DNA from: Eledone cirrhosa
Taxonomy: Eukaryota
Length of the DNA stretch: 64,000 nt
Reading direction: 5' to 3'
Assembly: GCA_964016885.1 (NCBI GenBank)
Contig: OZ024759.1
Location: 6,634,001-6,698,000 of the forward strand
Numbering within the stretch: the stretch's first letter is position 1; each line of letters starts with the position of its first letter. The position numbers were made by a program, and so were the translations under genes. Below the pieces are notes generated by a model, which was not told the origin of the DNA, searched no databases, and worked only from the letters and a program-made list of their open reading frames with translations. This document shows, in pieces, positions 14,567-28,352 of the stretch.

Positions 14567-14692
14567 CCAACAGTGGCCTCTACAGTGTCTGGAACCCGAT
14601 ATCTGTAAAACTTTGAAGTCACAATAATAAATATTATTTTCACTTTATAAACAATATTGAGTCCTTTATTCAGTGCACGTTCCTGTATTTAA

Positions 14693-14728
<36 letters not shown>

Positions 14729-15144
14729 ACACAGAGACACACACACACACACACACACAGACACACACACAGAGACACAAACACACAGACACAGAGACAC
14801 ACACAGACACAGAGAGAGAGAGACACACACACACTTACACAGACAGAGACACAGACACAGAGACACACACACAGACATACACAGATACACACACAGACAC
14901 ACACACAGATACACACACACAGACACAACACACACAGAGAGACACGCACACACACACACATACACACACATACACATACACACACACAGACACAGACGAC
15001 ATGTAATTATATATGAATATCCATAGATACACATATATATATATATATATATTAACATATATGTATATATATATATATAGTGTATATATATGTATACATA
15101 CACTATATATATCTATCTATATATATATATATATATATATAGTG

Positions 15145-15238
<94 letters not shown>

Positions 15239-15669
15239 TATATATATATATATATAGTGTATGTATATATATAGTGTATGTATATATGTATATATATATA
15301 GTGTATGTATATATATATATATATTATGTATGTATATATATATATATATATATAGTGTATGTATATATATATATATATAGTGTATGTATATATGTATATA
15401 TATATAGTGTATGTATATATATATATATATATATTATGTATGTATATATATATATAGTGTATATATATATATATATATAGTGTATGTATATATATATATA
15501 TATATACATACACTATATATATATATACATACACTATATATATATATATTATGTATGTATATATATATATAGTGTATATATATATATATATATATAGTGT
15601 ATGTATATATATATATATATACGAGTGAGAGAGAGGTGAAAGAGAGAGAAAAGACTATATAAGTTTAAA

Positions 15670-17070
15670 CCACCAACACACCACACCCACCACCACCACC
15701 ACCACCACCACCACCACCACACCACACCACCACCACCACCACCACCACCACCACCACCAACACACCACACCACCACCACCACCACCACCACCACCACACC
15801 ACACCACCACCACCACCACCACCACCACCACCAACACACCACACCACCACCACCACCACCACCACCAACACACTACACCACCACACCACCAACACACCAC
15901 ACCACCACCACCACACCACCACCACACTACACCACCACCACCACCACACTACACCACCACCACCACACCACCACCACACTACACCACCACACCACCAACA
16001 CACCACACCACCACCACCACCACACTACACCACCACACCACTAACACACCACACCACCACCACCACCACACTACACCACCACACCACCAACACACCACAC
16101 CACCACCACCACCACCACACTACACCACCACACTACACCACCACCACACCACACTACACCACCACACTACACCACCACACTACACCACCACACTACACCA
16201 CCACACCACCACACACCACCACCACACTACACCACCACACTACACCACCACCACACCACCACCACACTACACCACCACCACACTACACCACCACACCACC
16301 ACCACACTACACCACCACCACACTACACCACCACACCACCACCACCACTACACCACCACCACCACACCACACCACTACACCACCACCACACTACACCACC
16401 ACACCACCACCACACTACACCACCACACTACACCACTACACCACCACCACCACACTACACCACCACCACACCACACCACTACACCACCACCACACTACAC
16501 CACCACCACACTACACCACCACACCACCACCACACTACACCACTACACCACCACCACCACACTACACCACCACCACACTACACCACCACCACGTTTACTA
16601 GTAGACTCTTCCATACCACTTACCAGCTCATCACCACCTCCACCTTCCCTCTTCACATCATTCACTACGGCACTTACATCACCACCGTCCACCACTCCCA
16701 CCACCACACTACACCACCACACCACCACACCACACCACCACCACACCACCACCACACTACACCACCACACCACCACACCACACCACCACCACACCACCAC
16801 CATCACCACCGCTACACCACCTCCACCTTCCCTCTTCACATCATTCACTACGGCACCGTCCACCACACCACCACACCACACCACCACCACACCACCATCA
16901 CAACTACACCGTCTCAACCACAGTCACTACACATACACTACACCCCCCCAAACCATCACTACACCCCTCTCCTACCACCAATGCACCCCCACCAACACCA
17001 TCACATCATCACTACACCCCACTACACCCAACAACCACCACCACCACCACCATCACTACACCCCCCCACC
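15670..17070. repeat. (CAC)n/(CACCA)n/(CACTA)n compound microsatellite
   Basis: Direct inspection. Confidence 0.9.
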
Positions 17071-17157
17071 ATCATTCAGAAGTGGTTTGACTTGGTTTTC
17101 TCATATTTTGTACAAGAGTGAAAACTTTACATTTCTTTGGATACGGCAACTTACTAC

Positions 17158-17720
17158 ACTACCTCTCTCTCTATTTACCTCTGTCTCTTTACCTCTCTCT
17201 CTATTTACCTCTGTCTCTTTACCTCTCTCTCTATTTACCTCTGTCTCTTTACCTCTTTCTCTATTTACCTCTGTCTCTTTACCTCTCTCTCTATTTACCT
17301 CTGTCTCTTTACCTCTTTCTCTATTTACCTCTGTCTCTTTACCTCTCTCTCTATTTACCTCTGTCTCTTTACCTCTCTCTCTATTTACCTCTGTCTCTTT
17401 ACCTCTCTCTCTCTACCTCTCTCTCTTTACCTCTGTCTCTTTACCTCTGTCTCTTTACCTCTCTCTCTATTTACCTCTGTCTCTTTACCTCTCTCTCTTT
17501 ACCTCTCATTCTTTACCTCTCTCTATTTACCTCTCTCTCTTTACCTCTCTCTCTATTTACCTCTCTCTCTTTACCTCTCTCTATTTACCTCTCTCTCTAT
17601 TTACCTCTGTCTCTTTACTTCTCTCTCTTTACCTCTCATTCTTTACCTCTGTCTCTTTACCTCTCTCTCTTTACCTCTCTCTCTATTTACCTCTCTCTCT
17701 ATTTACCTCTCTCTCTCTAT
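17158..17720. repeat. Polypyrimidine minisatellite, 30-bp unit ACCTCTCTCTCTATTTACCTCTGTCTCTTT
   Basis: Exact 30-nt period over 17161-17400, degenerating afterwards. Confidence 0.9.
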
Positions 17721-17914
17721 ATACGTAACTCTCTCTCTCCGTCTCTCCCACCGAATCTCTCTCACACCGTAAACTCTCTACCAAGTCACAAAGGTAAGTC
17801 TAATACCAACACACCTATCCATTGTCAGTTGCCCCCATTCATTGTTATTATTATTATTGTTATTATTTCTATCTTTTGTCGCTGCTGTTCTTTTTATATT
17901 TACCTCTCTCTGTG

Positions 17915-18001
<87 letters not shown>

Positions 18002-18016
18002 ATATATGTGTGTGTG

Positions 18017-18049
<33 letters not shown>

Positions 18050-18100
18050 GTAAATATATATATATATGTGTGTATATATATATATATATATGTTTATATT

Positions 18101-18157
<57 letters not shown>

Positions 18158-18158
18158 G

Positions 18159-18271
<113 letters not shown>

Positions 18272-18323
18272 GTGTGTGTCTGTGTGTGTGTGTGTGTGTG
18301 TATATATTTATATATATATATAC

Positions 18324-18388
18324 TTTCTGGACTCCAGAAATAGCCGTCGAAACGGCTTGAGCTCTGCCGTCGGGGTCATACCTTTTCC

Positions 18389-18390
<2 letters not shown>
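18324..18390 (+). mobile_element. PLE pLTR stub beginning inside hammerhead stem II
   Basis: TTTCTGG-act-CCAGAAA hairpin tip, then TAGCCGTC-GAAAC-GGC...GCC-GTC-GGGGTC; embedded in (TA)n. Confidence 0.7.
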
Positions 18391-18483
<93 letters not shown>

Positions 18484-19320
18484 TATATATGCCTATATAT
18501 ATATATACACACCCCTGGTCAATAAACGTGTGTCAAGAAGGCTTTAAACAAGCACATAATTCATATACATACACACATACATATACATACACACATACAT
18601 ATACATACACACACATACACACATACCTATACACATACCTATACACACATACACACACATATACACACATACACACACATACACACATACATATACACAC
18701 ATACACACACATACACACACATACACACATACGTGTGTGTGAATGTATATATATATATATATATACATTTATACACATACATACACACATACATATACAC
18801 ACATACCTATACACATACATATATATATATATATACATACATATACAAACATACATACGCACACATACACACACATATATATATATACACACATATACAT
18901 ATATATATATATACACACATATACATATATATATATATACACACATACATATATACACACACATATGTATATATATACATACATATACACACATACATAC
19001 GCACACATACACACACATATATATATATACACACATATACATATATATATATATACACACATATACATATATATATATATACACACATATACATATATAC
19101 ACACACATATGTCTATATATACATACATATACACACATACATACGCACACATACACACACATATATATATACACACATATACATATATATATATACACAC
19201 ATATACATATATATATATATACACACACATACATATATACACACACATATGTATATATATACATACATACATATATATACACGTGAAATTATAAAACCAG
19301 AAGAACATATACACACACAA

Positions 19321-19351
<31 letters not shown>

Positions 19352-20038
19352 CATAAACATACACACACCTACATGTATGTTTATATATAGACACACCCAC
19401 TCTTGCGCAAACACATTACATAGTCATATATAGAGAGGTGTGTGTGTGTGTGCGTGTGTGTATGTGTGTATATGTGTGTGTATGTGTGTGTGTGTATATG
19501 TGTGTGTATGTGTGTGTGTGTGTGTATGTGTGTGTGTGTGTATGTGTGTGTATGTGTGTATGTGTATGTGTGTGTGTGTGTGTATGTGTGTGTATGTGTG
19601 TATGTGTATGTATGTGTGTATGTGTATTTATGTGTGCATGTGTATTGTATGTATGTGTGTGTATGTGTGTATGCGTATGTATGTGTGTATGTGTGTGTAT
19701 GTGTGTATGTGTGTATGTGTGTATGTATGTGTGTATGTGTATTTATGTGTGTATGTGTATTGTATGTATGTGTGTGTATGTGTGTGTATGTGTGTATGTG
19801 TATGTATGTGTATGTATGTGTGTATGTGTGTGTATGTGTGTGTATGTGTGTATGTGCGTGTATGTGTGTGTATGTGTGTGTATGTGTGTATGTGTATGTA
19901 TGTGTATGTATGTGTGTATGTGTGTGTATGTGTGTGTATGTGTGTGTGTTCTATCTGTTCTGAGTGAGCTGGTGGGACATCATCAGCACAGATGTAACCT
20001 GGCCTCGTCGGGTGTTTCTAATTATTTCAACATCTCAG

Positions 20039-20137
20039 ACCCAGCTCCCCCAGTCAGAGATGACCCAGGGCCCGACATATGTCACAGCAGTACCCCCGCC
20101 TCCTCCTGGGTCAGTCCTCTTATATCCGAACCACCCG
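20039..20137 (+). CDS. Candidate 99-bp phase 0-0 exon (TQLPQSEMTQGPTYVTAVPPPPPGSVLLYPNHP)
   Basis: CTAAT branch-like site and ...CATCTCAG acceptor, weak GTCGGT donor, GC-rich unique island; no homologue recognised. Confidence 0.3.
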
Positions 20138-20229
20138 GTCGGTTTCTTTCCCTGTAGCATCATTTGTCTGTTGGCCGGTTCACGTCGCTCCACCGACCCG
20201 GCTACTTCACATATACATATGTGTGTCTG

Positions 20230-20322
<93 letters not shown>

Positions 20323-20348
20323 ATTATATATATATAGTAAGATAATTA

Positions 20349-20409
20349 TTTCATTTACCAGTGGTTTCTTGAAAGCAAAAAACATTTGCTTTCAGTCATC
20401 AGAATGAAA
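20349..20409 (-). ncRNA. Type I hammerhead ribozyme, inverted partner of 24357-24417
   Basis: tttcatt-CTGATGA-ctgaaagcaaa..tttgctttcaa-GAAA-ccactgg-TA-aatgaaa; C.A mismatch at the base of stem II. Confidence 0.8.
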
Positions 20410-21330
20410 AAATCCTGGTCATTTATTGACAGTGGATTTTAAAAACAAAAATATAATCTATATGAAAGTGAGGCTGGAAAAGGAAGAAGGAAAGGAAAAA
20501 GAATAAATAAATATAAAAGTAGATAAACACACATGCACACACACATGTGTGTTTGTGTATTTGTATGTATGTGTATGTATGTATATATCTGTTAGAACAC
20601 GAAAAGTGTGAAACAACAGAATGTTCACTTTTCGTGTTCTAACATATATGCGTAGCTTCTTAAAAAATTTTTCGGGGATAGCCGTGGTGGTGGTGATCGT
20701 ATGTCATTGGCTAATTTTCAACCAATCAGAGTACCTCTCTCTATATCTCTTCCACTGTTACTTACGCCTGTTTCTCTCTATCTGTTCCGTCTCTATATAT
20801 ATCTCTTACTCTTTCGCTTTGCACTCCTCCCCTTCAATACCATCTCTCCCCCTCTCTATATATTTGTTACTCTATCGCTGCACGCTCCTCTCCTTCAATA
20901 TATCAATTACACACGCTTTACACTCCTTTATCCCCAGCGCCCCTATATATACACCCCCCTCTCCCGCATCTATATTTTAATGTACCGTTGCACCGTGAAT
21001 ATATGTGTCTATATATATATACATATATATTGTATATACACATTCATGTATGTGTATACACACTCATGTATGTATATACACTGGTTTTATGTGTGTATTG
21101 TAAATTTGTACTGTCAAAACACGAAACTAACATTCGATTGACACTTTGATTACCTGTACAGGCAATAGTTATTAGAATGCTGTTGAAGTGTGTATATATT
21201 TTTGGGGGACATCCTGTATATACACACATTATATATAATACAATAAACAGATAAATACACACATATATATATGAGCTTATTTAATTATAAATATTGTGAA
21301 TTTTTAACTCAGTTCAATTATATATATAAA

Positions 21331-21377
21331 TGGTTTCTACAGGACTAGAACTGTTTCATTCGAAAGAAATCATCATA
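21331..21377 (-). mobile_element. Truncated hammerhead/pLTR stub of the 29170 family
   Basis: (a)TGATGA-tttctttcgaat-GAAAC-ag ttctagtc ct-GTA-gaaacc; lacks C3 and the 5' strand of stem I. Confidence 0.65.
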
Positions 21378-22000
21378 ATATTGAGAGGGGGGACTAGATA
21401 AAATATTTCAAATCAAATGTGTATAAGTTATAAGTTAAAATGTATAAATAGAGACGATAGTGGAGGTATATCTGTTTAGTGGAACAGTAGACGATAGAAT
21501 TAAATACAGACGATAATCTCCCTTTAATGAAACAGCAGACGATAGAATTAAGGCAATTTAAATTTTAAGCATTTGCATTTTTGCCTTTCATCGTTACGGG
21601 GTCGATAAAATAAAGTACCAGTAATACACTGTCACTAGACGACTTTCAAATTGAATTGTTGGTTCCATTTCTTTAGTATTTTCAATTGTAGTTATCTACT
21701 TAAAAAGCGTTACACGGTTAGAGACATAATTGGTAAGTTATATCTTCCCTATTAAACCATTGCATTATTTCGCCTACAATAGAACAAAAATGAAATGTTC
21801 TTTAAAGAAACAGGAATATAACTTTATAAAAAAAAGAGTTGCATCCGCTTCTTTTATCATTGATAATTTTTTCGTTTTAATATTAATTGTTTTTTGTAGT
21901 TGTTTATATTAAAAATCTTACTGTAATATTTACTTAAACGAAGGCAAACATCTAAACTTATAGATTAATCTTGAGCGAAGGACTAGATAAATCTCTCTCC

Positions 22001-22035
<35 letters not shown>

Positions 22036-22429
22036 AACGAAGAATGATAAAATTTCAAGCAAAGAGTTTAATTAGGTATATTTTGTAATATTATTAACTA
22101 ATTATTATAATTAACGCGCATATTTTGCTATCCTCAAACACGTTTACACATGGCATGAAATATAACTAATCCGAGATGGCTAGGTTTCATCTTCTAACTG
22201 GATATACGAAATCCATTATGTCTTGACAACAACATGAGGTAACATTATGTTATTCACAGACACACTTTGTACACTGTTCCATATCAGAATGTATTTCCTT
22301 CGTCACATTCACAAACAGTATTGAAAATATGTTCTTCGGCAAATAAAAATGTTTTGTTCATAATATTTCAACTAGCGATTGCTCTACTCCACGCACGACC
22401 ACCATAAATTAATGACCAGCTCAACACAA

Positions 22430-22600
22430 GTATTGGTAGAGCGTCAGACACCATGCTTTGCAGTATTGTTATGGTCCTTTGCATTCTAAGTTCAAATCCT
22501 GCCGAGGTTAACTTCGACTTTCATACTTACTAATTCGATAAAATAAAGTACCAGTAATGGACTGCCGTAATGGATTTGTGCCGAAAAATAGAAACACTAT
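22430..22600 (+). mobile_element. Diverged CORE-type SINE
   Basis: AGTTCAAATCCTGCCGAGGTTAACTTCG...GATAAAATAAAGTACCAG. Confidence 0.75.
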
Positions 22601-23152
22601 TAATGTGCAATAAGAGCAAAATATAACGACATTGCTCAATTATTTTATCTAATGTTGTAATAACACAAGGAAATGTTGTTTGTGTATTTTTTTTTATATT
22701 TGCTCATAGGCTTTTACAATTTCGCTCAGCCAACAACTATTAAAAAGTGAGTTGCTTAAGATAACAATTTAATCACAAATTGTTGCTATCTTTTAATACA
22801 CTCCAACAAGTCATCAAATTATGTACAATAAAAACAAATCTTATTAATTTGCTCAGGGAATATAAAGAAAATGTATATACACTGATAATTGCAATTGTAT
22901 GTAAATATTTTGTTTTTGTATTGTATATTTTATGTTTTCTATTATGTATAATATATTGATTTAATATTGATTGTTTTTTGTAGTTGTTTATATTAAAAGT
23001 CTGAAAATATTTTTATACATCTTACACTAATATTTATAAGATAATTTATAATAACAATTACATAATCTAATTACATTACAACGATAATTTATTATTAATA
23101 TATATCCTGTTTAACTAGAGTTATTACAAGCGTTGCCTTAAAAAAATATTAA

Positions 23153-24109
23153 ACTAGACATGAAAAATGCGCAAGCTCAAAAGTGCCACAGAATGTTATA
23201 ATAAACCTTCAAAAGTGTGGGACTAGAGTTGTTGCTAAAAAATATTGTAATCATTATATATCGTACATTCTGTGGCATCCTTTATAAAAATAGCTTAAAC
23301 CAACGAAGCCTTTATTTTTACGCTATTTCACTTAGTTAATTCTTAGAGTGTAACATATAAAAATAAATACATCTATGTTTAATGTAATAACAGCTATAAA
23401 TAATTACGTAATATTATTATCATATACTCATAGTAACAAAATAATTGTGTTGAAACTTAATATGATGCTTATATGAACGATCAAATCTATAATGATAATT
23501 TCTTAAATATACTAATAGTAAAATAATTTAGTTATCTATTGTTACATTTTCATAGAACTATAATATTAACAATCGTATTGCATTATCAAATTTTTATCAC
23601 TACAAACTTTCATATTGGAATTACCTTAAGCCACTTATTATTACTTCGCTTTCGTACTTTTACAGCTGTAGATATTGCGCTGTATCTTATATCTAATATC
23701 AATATCTCGTGGTAATTTGCATGAAGTGTAAAATAGGTTTATTAATAACTTTAATATGAAATGTATTATACAGGGCTGCGGAGTCGGCCAAAAATTGACT
23801 GGCTCCAACTCAGGATCCGATACTCCATTATTTCCTAAATTTCAGCTCCGCAGCTCTGTTATTATATTAATTAATTTATTTTATAGTTGTAAATGATATT
23901 TTTATATGTTACACTCTAAGAATTAACTAAGTGAAATAGCGTAAAAATAAAGGCTTCGTTGGTTTAAGCTATTTTTATAAAGGATGCCACAGAATGTACG
24001 ATATATAATGATTACAATATTTTTTAGCAACAACTCTAGTCCCACACTTTTGAAGGTTTATTATAACATTCTGTGGCACTTTTGAGCTTGCGCATTTTTC
24101 ATGTCTAGT
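23153..24109. mobile_element. Foldback element with about 213-bp apparently perfect inverted arms
   Basis: 23153-23365 is the reverse complement of 23897-24109; ends ACTAG/CTAGT; each arm contains the internal IR TGCCACAGAATGT/ACATTCTGTGGCA. Confidence 0.8.
23771..23858. mobile_element. 88-bp MITE, hAT-like
   Basis: TIRs CAGGGCTGCGGAG / CTCCGCAGCTCTG; flanks GTATTATA / TTATTATA (8-bp TSD with one mismatch). Confidence 0.65.
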
Positions 24110-24144
24110 ATATATATGTGAGCATGTGTATATATGTGTGTATG

Positions 24145-24213
<69 letters not shown>

Positions 24214-24356
24214 ATGTATATGCATGTGTGTGTGCATGTGTGTTTATCTACTTTTATATTTATTCTTTTTCCTTTCCTTCTTCCTTTTCCAGCCTCACTT
24301 TCATATAGATTATATTTTTGTTTTTAAAATCCACTGTCAATAAATGACCAGGATTT

Positions 24357-24417
24357 TTTCATTCTGATGACTGAAAGCAAATTTTGTTTGCTTTCAGGAA
24401 ACCACTGGTAAATGAAA
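24357..24417 (+). ncRNA. Type I hammerhead ribozyme with canonical core
   Basis: Stem I tttcatt/aatgaaa; CTGATGA; 11-bp stem II CTGAAAGCAAA/TTTGCTTTCAG; GAAA; short stem III; GUA triplet. Confidence 0.9.
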
Positions 24418-24768
24418 TAATTATCTTATGTTGTTTATTACATAACTATTAAGCTCTGTAACCTACATAGAGCACTCTTTTTTCCTGGACCTTTCCGACG
24501 GAATTACTTCATTTACACATATATATATATTATATATATATATGAAATGATATATATATATGTACATAGACATATGCACATCCACACACACCCACCTCAC
24601 ACCCATACCCATCCACCCCACACCCATACCCACCCACCCCACACCCACCCACATACACATATCCCGCCATATATATATAAAGCAGAGTTGTTAGTGCTTT
24701 GAATATTTGTTCCTTGTCTCTGCATTCTGAGTTCAAATCCCACCAAACTCCACTTTGTTTTTAATTAT

Positions 24769-26191
24769 TCCAGGGTCAGTTAGGAGAAGGTACCACCCCA
24801 GTTGTGGTGTAACCCTCATTCCACCCATCCAGGGTTAATTAGGAGAAGGTACCACCCCAGTTGTGGTGTAACCCTCAATCCATCCTTCCAGGGTCAATTA
24901 GGAGAAGGTACCACCCCAGTTGTGGTGTAACCCTCATTCCACCCTTCCAGGGTCAATTAGGAGAAGGTACCACCCCAGTTGTGGTGTAACCCTCATTCCA
25001 CCCTTCCAGGGTCAATTAGGAGAAGGTACCACCCCAGTTGTGGTGTAACCTTCATTCCACCCTTCCAGGGTCAATTAGGAGAAGGTACCACCCCAGTTGT
25101 GGTGTAACCTTCATTCCACCCTTCCAGGGTCAATTAGGAGAAGGTACCACCCCAGTTGTGGTGTAACCTTCATTCCACCCTTCCAGGGTCAATTAGGAGA
25201 AGGTACCACCCCAGTTGTGGTGTAACCTTCATTCCACCCTTCCAGGGTCAATTAGGAGAAGGTACCACCCCAGTTGTGGTGTAACCCTCATTCCACCCTT
25301 CCAGGGTCAATTAGGAGAAGGTACCACCCCAGTTGTGGTGTAACCTTCATTCCACCCTTCCAGGGTCAATTAGGAGAAGGTACCACCCCAGTTGTGGTGT
25401 AACCTTCATTCCACCCTTCCAGGGTCAATTAGGAGAAGGTACCACCCCAGTTGTGGTGTAACCCTCATTCCACCCTTCCAGGGTCAATTAGGAGAAGGTA
25501 CCACCCCAGTTGTGGTGTAACCTTCATTCCACCCTTCCAGGGTCAATTAGGAGAAGGTACCACCCCAGTTGTGGTGTAACCCTCATTCCACCCTTCCAGG
25601 GTCAATTAGGAGAAGGTACCACCCCAGTTGTGGTGTAACCCTCATTCCACCCTTCCAGGGTCAATTAGGAGAAGGTACCACCCCAGTTGTGGTGTAACCT
25701 TCATTCCACCCTTCCAGGGTCAATTAGGAGAAGGTACCACCCCAGTTGTGGTGTAACCCTCATTCCACCCTTCCAGGGTCAATTAGGAGAAGGTACCACC
25801 CCAGTTGTGGTGTAACCTTCATTCCACCCTTCCAGGGTCAATTAGGAGAAGGTACCACCCCAGTTGTGGTGTAACCTTCATTCCACCCTTCCAGGGTCAA
25901 TTAGGAGAAGGTACCACCCCAGTTGTGGTGTAACCTTCATTCCACCCTTCCAGGGTCAATTAGGAGAAGGTACCACCCCAGTTGTGGTGTAACCTTCATT
26001 CCACCCTTCCAGGGTCAATTAGGAGAAGGTACCACCCCAGTTGTGGTGTAACCTTCATTCCACCCTTCCAGGGTCAATTAGGAGAAGGTACCACCCCAGT
26101 TGTGGTGTAACCTTCATTCCACCCTTCCAGGGTCAATTAGGAGAAGGTACCACCCCAGTTGTGGTGTAACCTTCATTCCACCCTTCCAGGG
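24769..26191. repeat. 59-bp satellite, about 24 copies, continuous with a SINE head at 24690-24770
   Basis: Unit CCAGGGTCAATTAGGAGAAGGTACCACCCCAGTTGTGGTGTAACCTTCATTCCACCCTT. Confidence 0.95.
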
Positions 26192-26395
26192 CTCAACAAA
26201 ATGCCACCACTGATGGAGGGAGAATTCCTCTACTATTGACCTGATGAAATACTATGATAACCCGTTAGGACTGTCACAGGGGCAATGTCCCACTGATAGA
26301 TGCAGAGTTCCACTACCGTTCACCTGATAATCGGTTCCTCTGCTGGCCGAACAAGAGCTGAAAACTGAAATAACAGTTTATCAGTGTTCAATTTT

Positions 26396-27203
26396 TGCCT
26401 ATCAACACGACGTGACACTGGGACAGGCATGGCATTGTGTGGGGCCCTCAACTGCCTATCAACACGACGTGACACTGGGACAGGCATGGCATTGTGTGGG
26501 GCCCTCAACTGCCTATCAACACGACGTGACACTGGGACAGGCATGGCATTGTGTGGGGCCCTCAACTGCCTATCAACACGACGTGACACTGGGACAGGCA
26601 TGGCATTGTGTGGGGCCCTCAACTGCCTATCAACACGACGTGACACTGGGACAGGCATGGCAGTGTGTGGGGCCCTCAACTGCCTATCAACACGATGTGA
26701 CACTGGGACAGGCATGGCATTGTGTGGGGCCCTCAACTGCCTATCAACACGACGTGACACTGGGACAGGCATGGCAGTGTGTGGGGCCTCAACTGCGTAT
26801 CAACACGATGTGACACTGGGACAGGCATGGCATTGTGTGGGGCCCTCAACTGCGTATCAACACGATGTGACACTGGGACAGACATGGCAGTGTGTGGGGC
26901 CCTCAACTGCCTATCAACACGACGTGACACTGGGACAGGCATGGCAGTGTGTGGGGCCCTCAACTGCCTATCAACACGATGTGACACTGGGACAGGCATG
27001 GCATTGTGTGGGGCCCTCAACTGCGTATCAACACGATGTGACACTGGGACAGACATGGCATTGTGTGGGGCCCTCAACTGCGTATCAACACGACGTGACA
27101 CTGGGACAGGCATGGCAGTGTGTGGGGCCCTCAACTGCCTATCAACACGATGTGACACTGGAACAGGCATGGCAGTGTGTGGGGCCCTCAACTGCCTATC
27201 AAA
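26396..27203. repeat. 57-bp minisatellite, about 14 copies, inside a decayed RTE-like LINE
   Basis: Unit TGCCTATCAACACGACGTGACACTGGGACAGGCATGGCATTGTGTGGGGCCCTCAAC. Confidence 0.95.
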
Positions 27204-27460
27204 CATGTGGGTTTCTCTCATTAAGAAAAGCACAAAAGTATGGCTATTCAAAGCAACGGTTAAGTGCTGTCTCCTCTACAGATGTGAGTGATGGCCACTG
27301 ACAAAAACACCCATTAAGAGGATTAATGGTACACTGAGAAAGATCCAGAACATATCCTGGAGAATACACAGCAAAACATATCACTTTATGGCTCACTCCT
27401 GCACTTTTTTGACATCATACAGCGTAGGAGGCTTTCAGAAGCCGGACATCACAACCGACC
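27160..27460 (+). pseudogene. Decayed RTE-like LINE RT thumb/C-terminal region
   Basis: GMAVCGALNCLSNMWVSLIKKSTKVWLFKATVKCCLLYRCE*WPLTK..KRING..LRKIQNISW...LYG...IQRRRL..AGH aligns by eye to the peptide at 46115-46327 and 45751-46116. Confidence 0.7.
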
Positions 27461-27646
27461 TGATGGCAGAGGTGGACAGGCTGAAAACAGGATTTGTGCA
27501 GATGGTTAACCACAACGCTGAAGGATGTCCTTGAACACGACACCGGGTTGGAGGCAGGGGATTACACTACTAAAGAGGGTGAACTGGAGGAGGAACTTCG
27601 TCAGGGACCGGTAACGGATGTATAGACCCCCCCCCCCACCCCACCC

Positions 27647-27712
<66 letters not shown>

Positions 27713-27713
<1 letters not shown>

Positions 27714-28003
27714 TCAGAGCTGTATGGGAGCCGCCCAAAAGTCAGCTCAAAAGTGACACAGAGGAGACTGAGGTTAGCTGGACATGCTCACCGACATCCA
27801 GAGTTGACATTGCACTCAGTGCTCCTGTGGGAGCCCCTACATGGACACACTGGAAGAGGAAGACCAAGGTTAACGTATGTTGATGCCCTAAGGACAGACA
27901 CTGGTCTGTTGGAGACGCAGGACATGGCAGCAATAATGAGGGACAGAGACCGCTGGAGAGAACTTGTCCATGGATCTCGGTAATTTTACCCGCACTAGAT
28001 AGA
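27713..28003 (+). mobile_element. 5'-truncated RTE-like LINE 3' end with (ATAG)n tail
   Basis: SELYGSRPKVSSKVTQRRLRLAGHAHRH...GRGRPRLTYVD; near-identical to the reverse complement of 45750-46037. Confidence 0.85.
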
Positions 28004-28019
28004 TATATATATACAGAGA

Positions 28020-28053
<34 letters not shown>

Positions 28054-28140
28054 TCGACAGAGAGGGAGGGAGAGACAGAGAGACAGAGAGGGAGAGATAG
28101 ACGAAGTCAGTGTTGTAGCATATGTACAAACTTTATTTAT

Positions 28141-28223
28141 ATAATACAATTGTTTCGATATCAATCAGCTCGGGATACAATCAAGGTGACGGGGTTCGAT
28201 CGTTTCGACATCTCGTCAGATAT
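28141..28223 (-). ncRNA. Type I hammerhead with extended stem II
   Basis: atat-CTGACGA-GATGTCGA...TTGATATC-GAAAC-aatt-GTA-ttat; stem I weak (U.U first pair). Confidence 0.7.
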
Positions 28224-28239
28224 GCGAGCTTATTATATG

Positions 28240-28352
28240 TGCAATTCCTACCGAGGTTAACTTTGCTTTTCATCCTTACGGGGTAGATAAAATAAAGTAC
28301 CAGTAATACACTGGGGTAATAGCTGGCCTTGTGCCAAAAGTAGAAACAATTA
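28240..28352 (+). mobile_element. CORE-type SINE fragment
   Basis: CCGAGGTTAACTTTGCTTTTCATCC...GATAAAATAAAGTACCAG...GTAGAAACAATTA. Confidence 0.8.

Noticed and set aside
18330-18378. Apparent novel ribozyme core CCAGAAWUAGCCGUCGAAAC lacking CUGANGA
   Set aside because: Better explained as the 3' strand of a long stem II in truncated copies: a hairpin tip survives at 18324-18340 and the homologue at 33549-33639 has CTGATGA upstream.
20586-20650. Short inverted repeat TGTTAGAACACGAAAAGTG; similar hairpin at 38858-38893
   Set aside because: Probably collapsed DNA-transposon or Helitron termini; too short to classify.
24769-27203. CRISPR-like appearance of the regular arrays (also 1-3057 and 59442-60258)
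   Set aside because: Head-to-tail repeats without unique spacers, no cas genes, and eukaryotic context.
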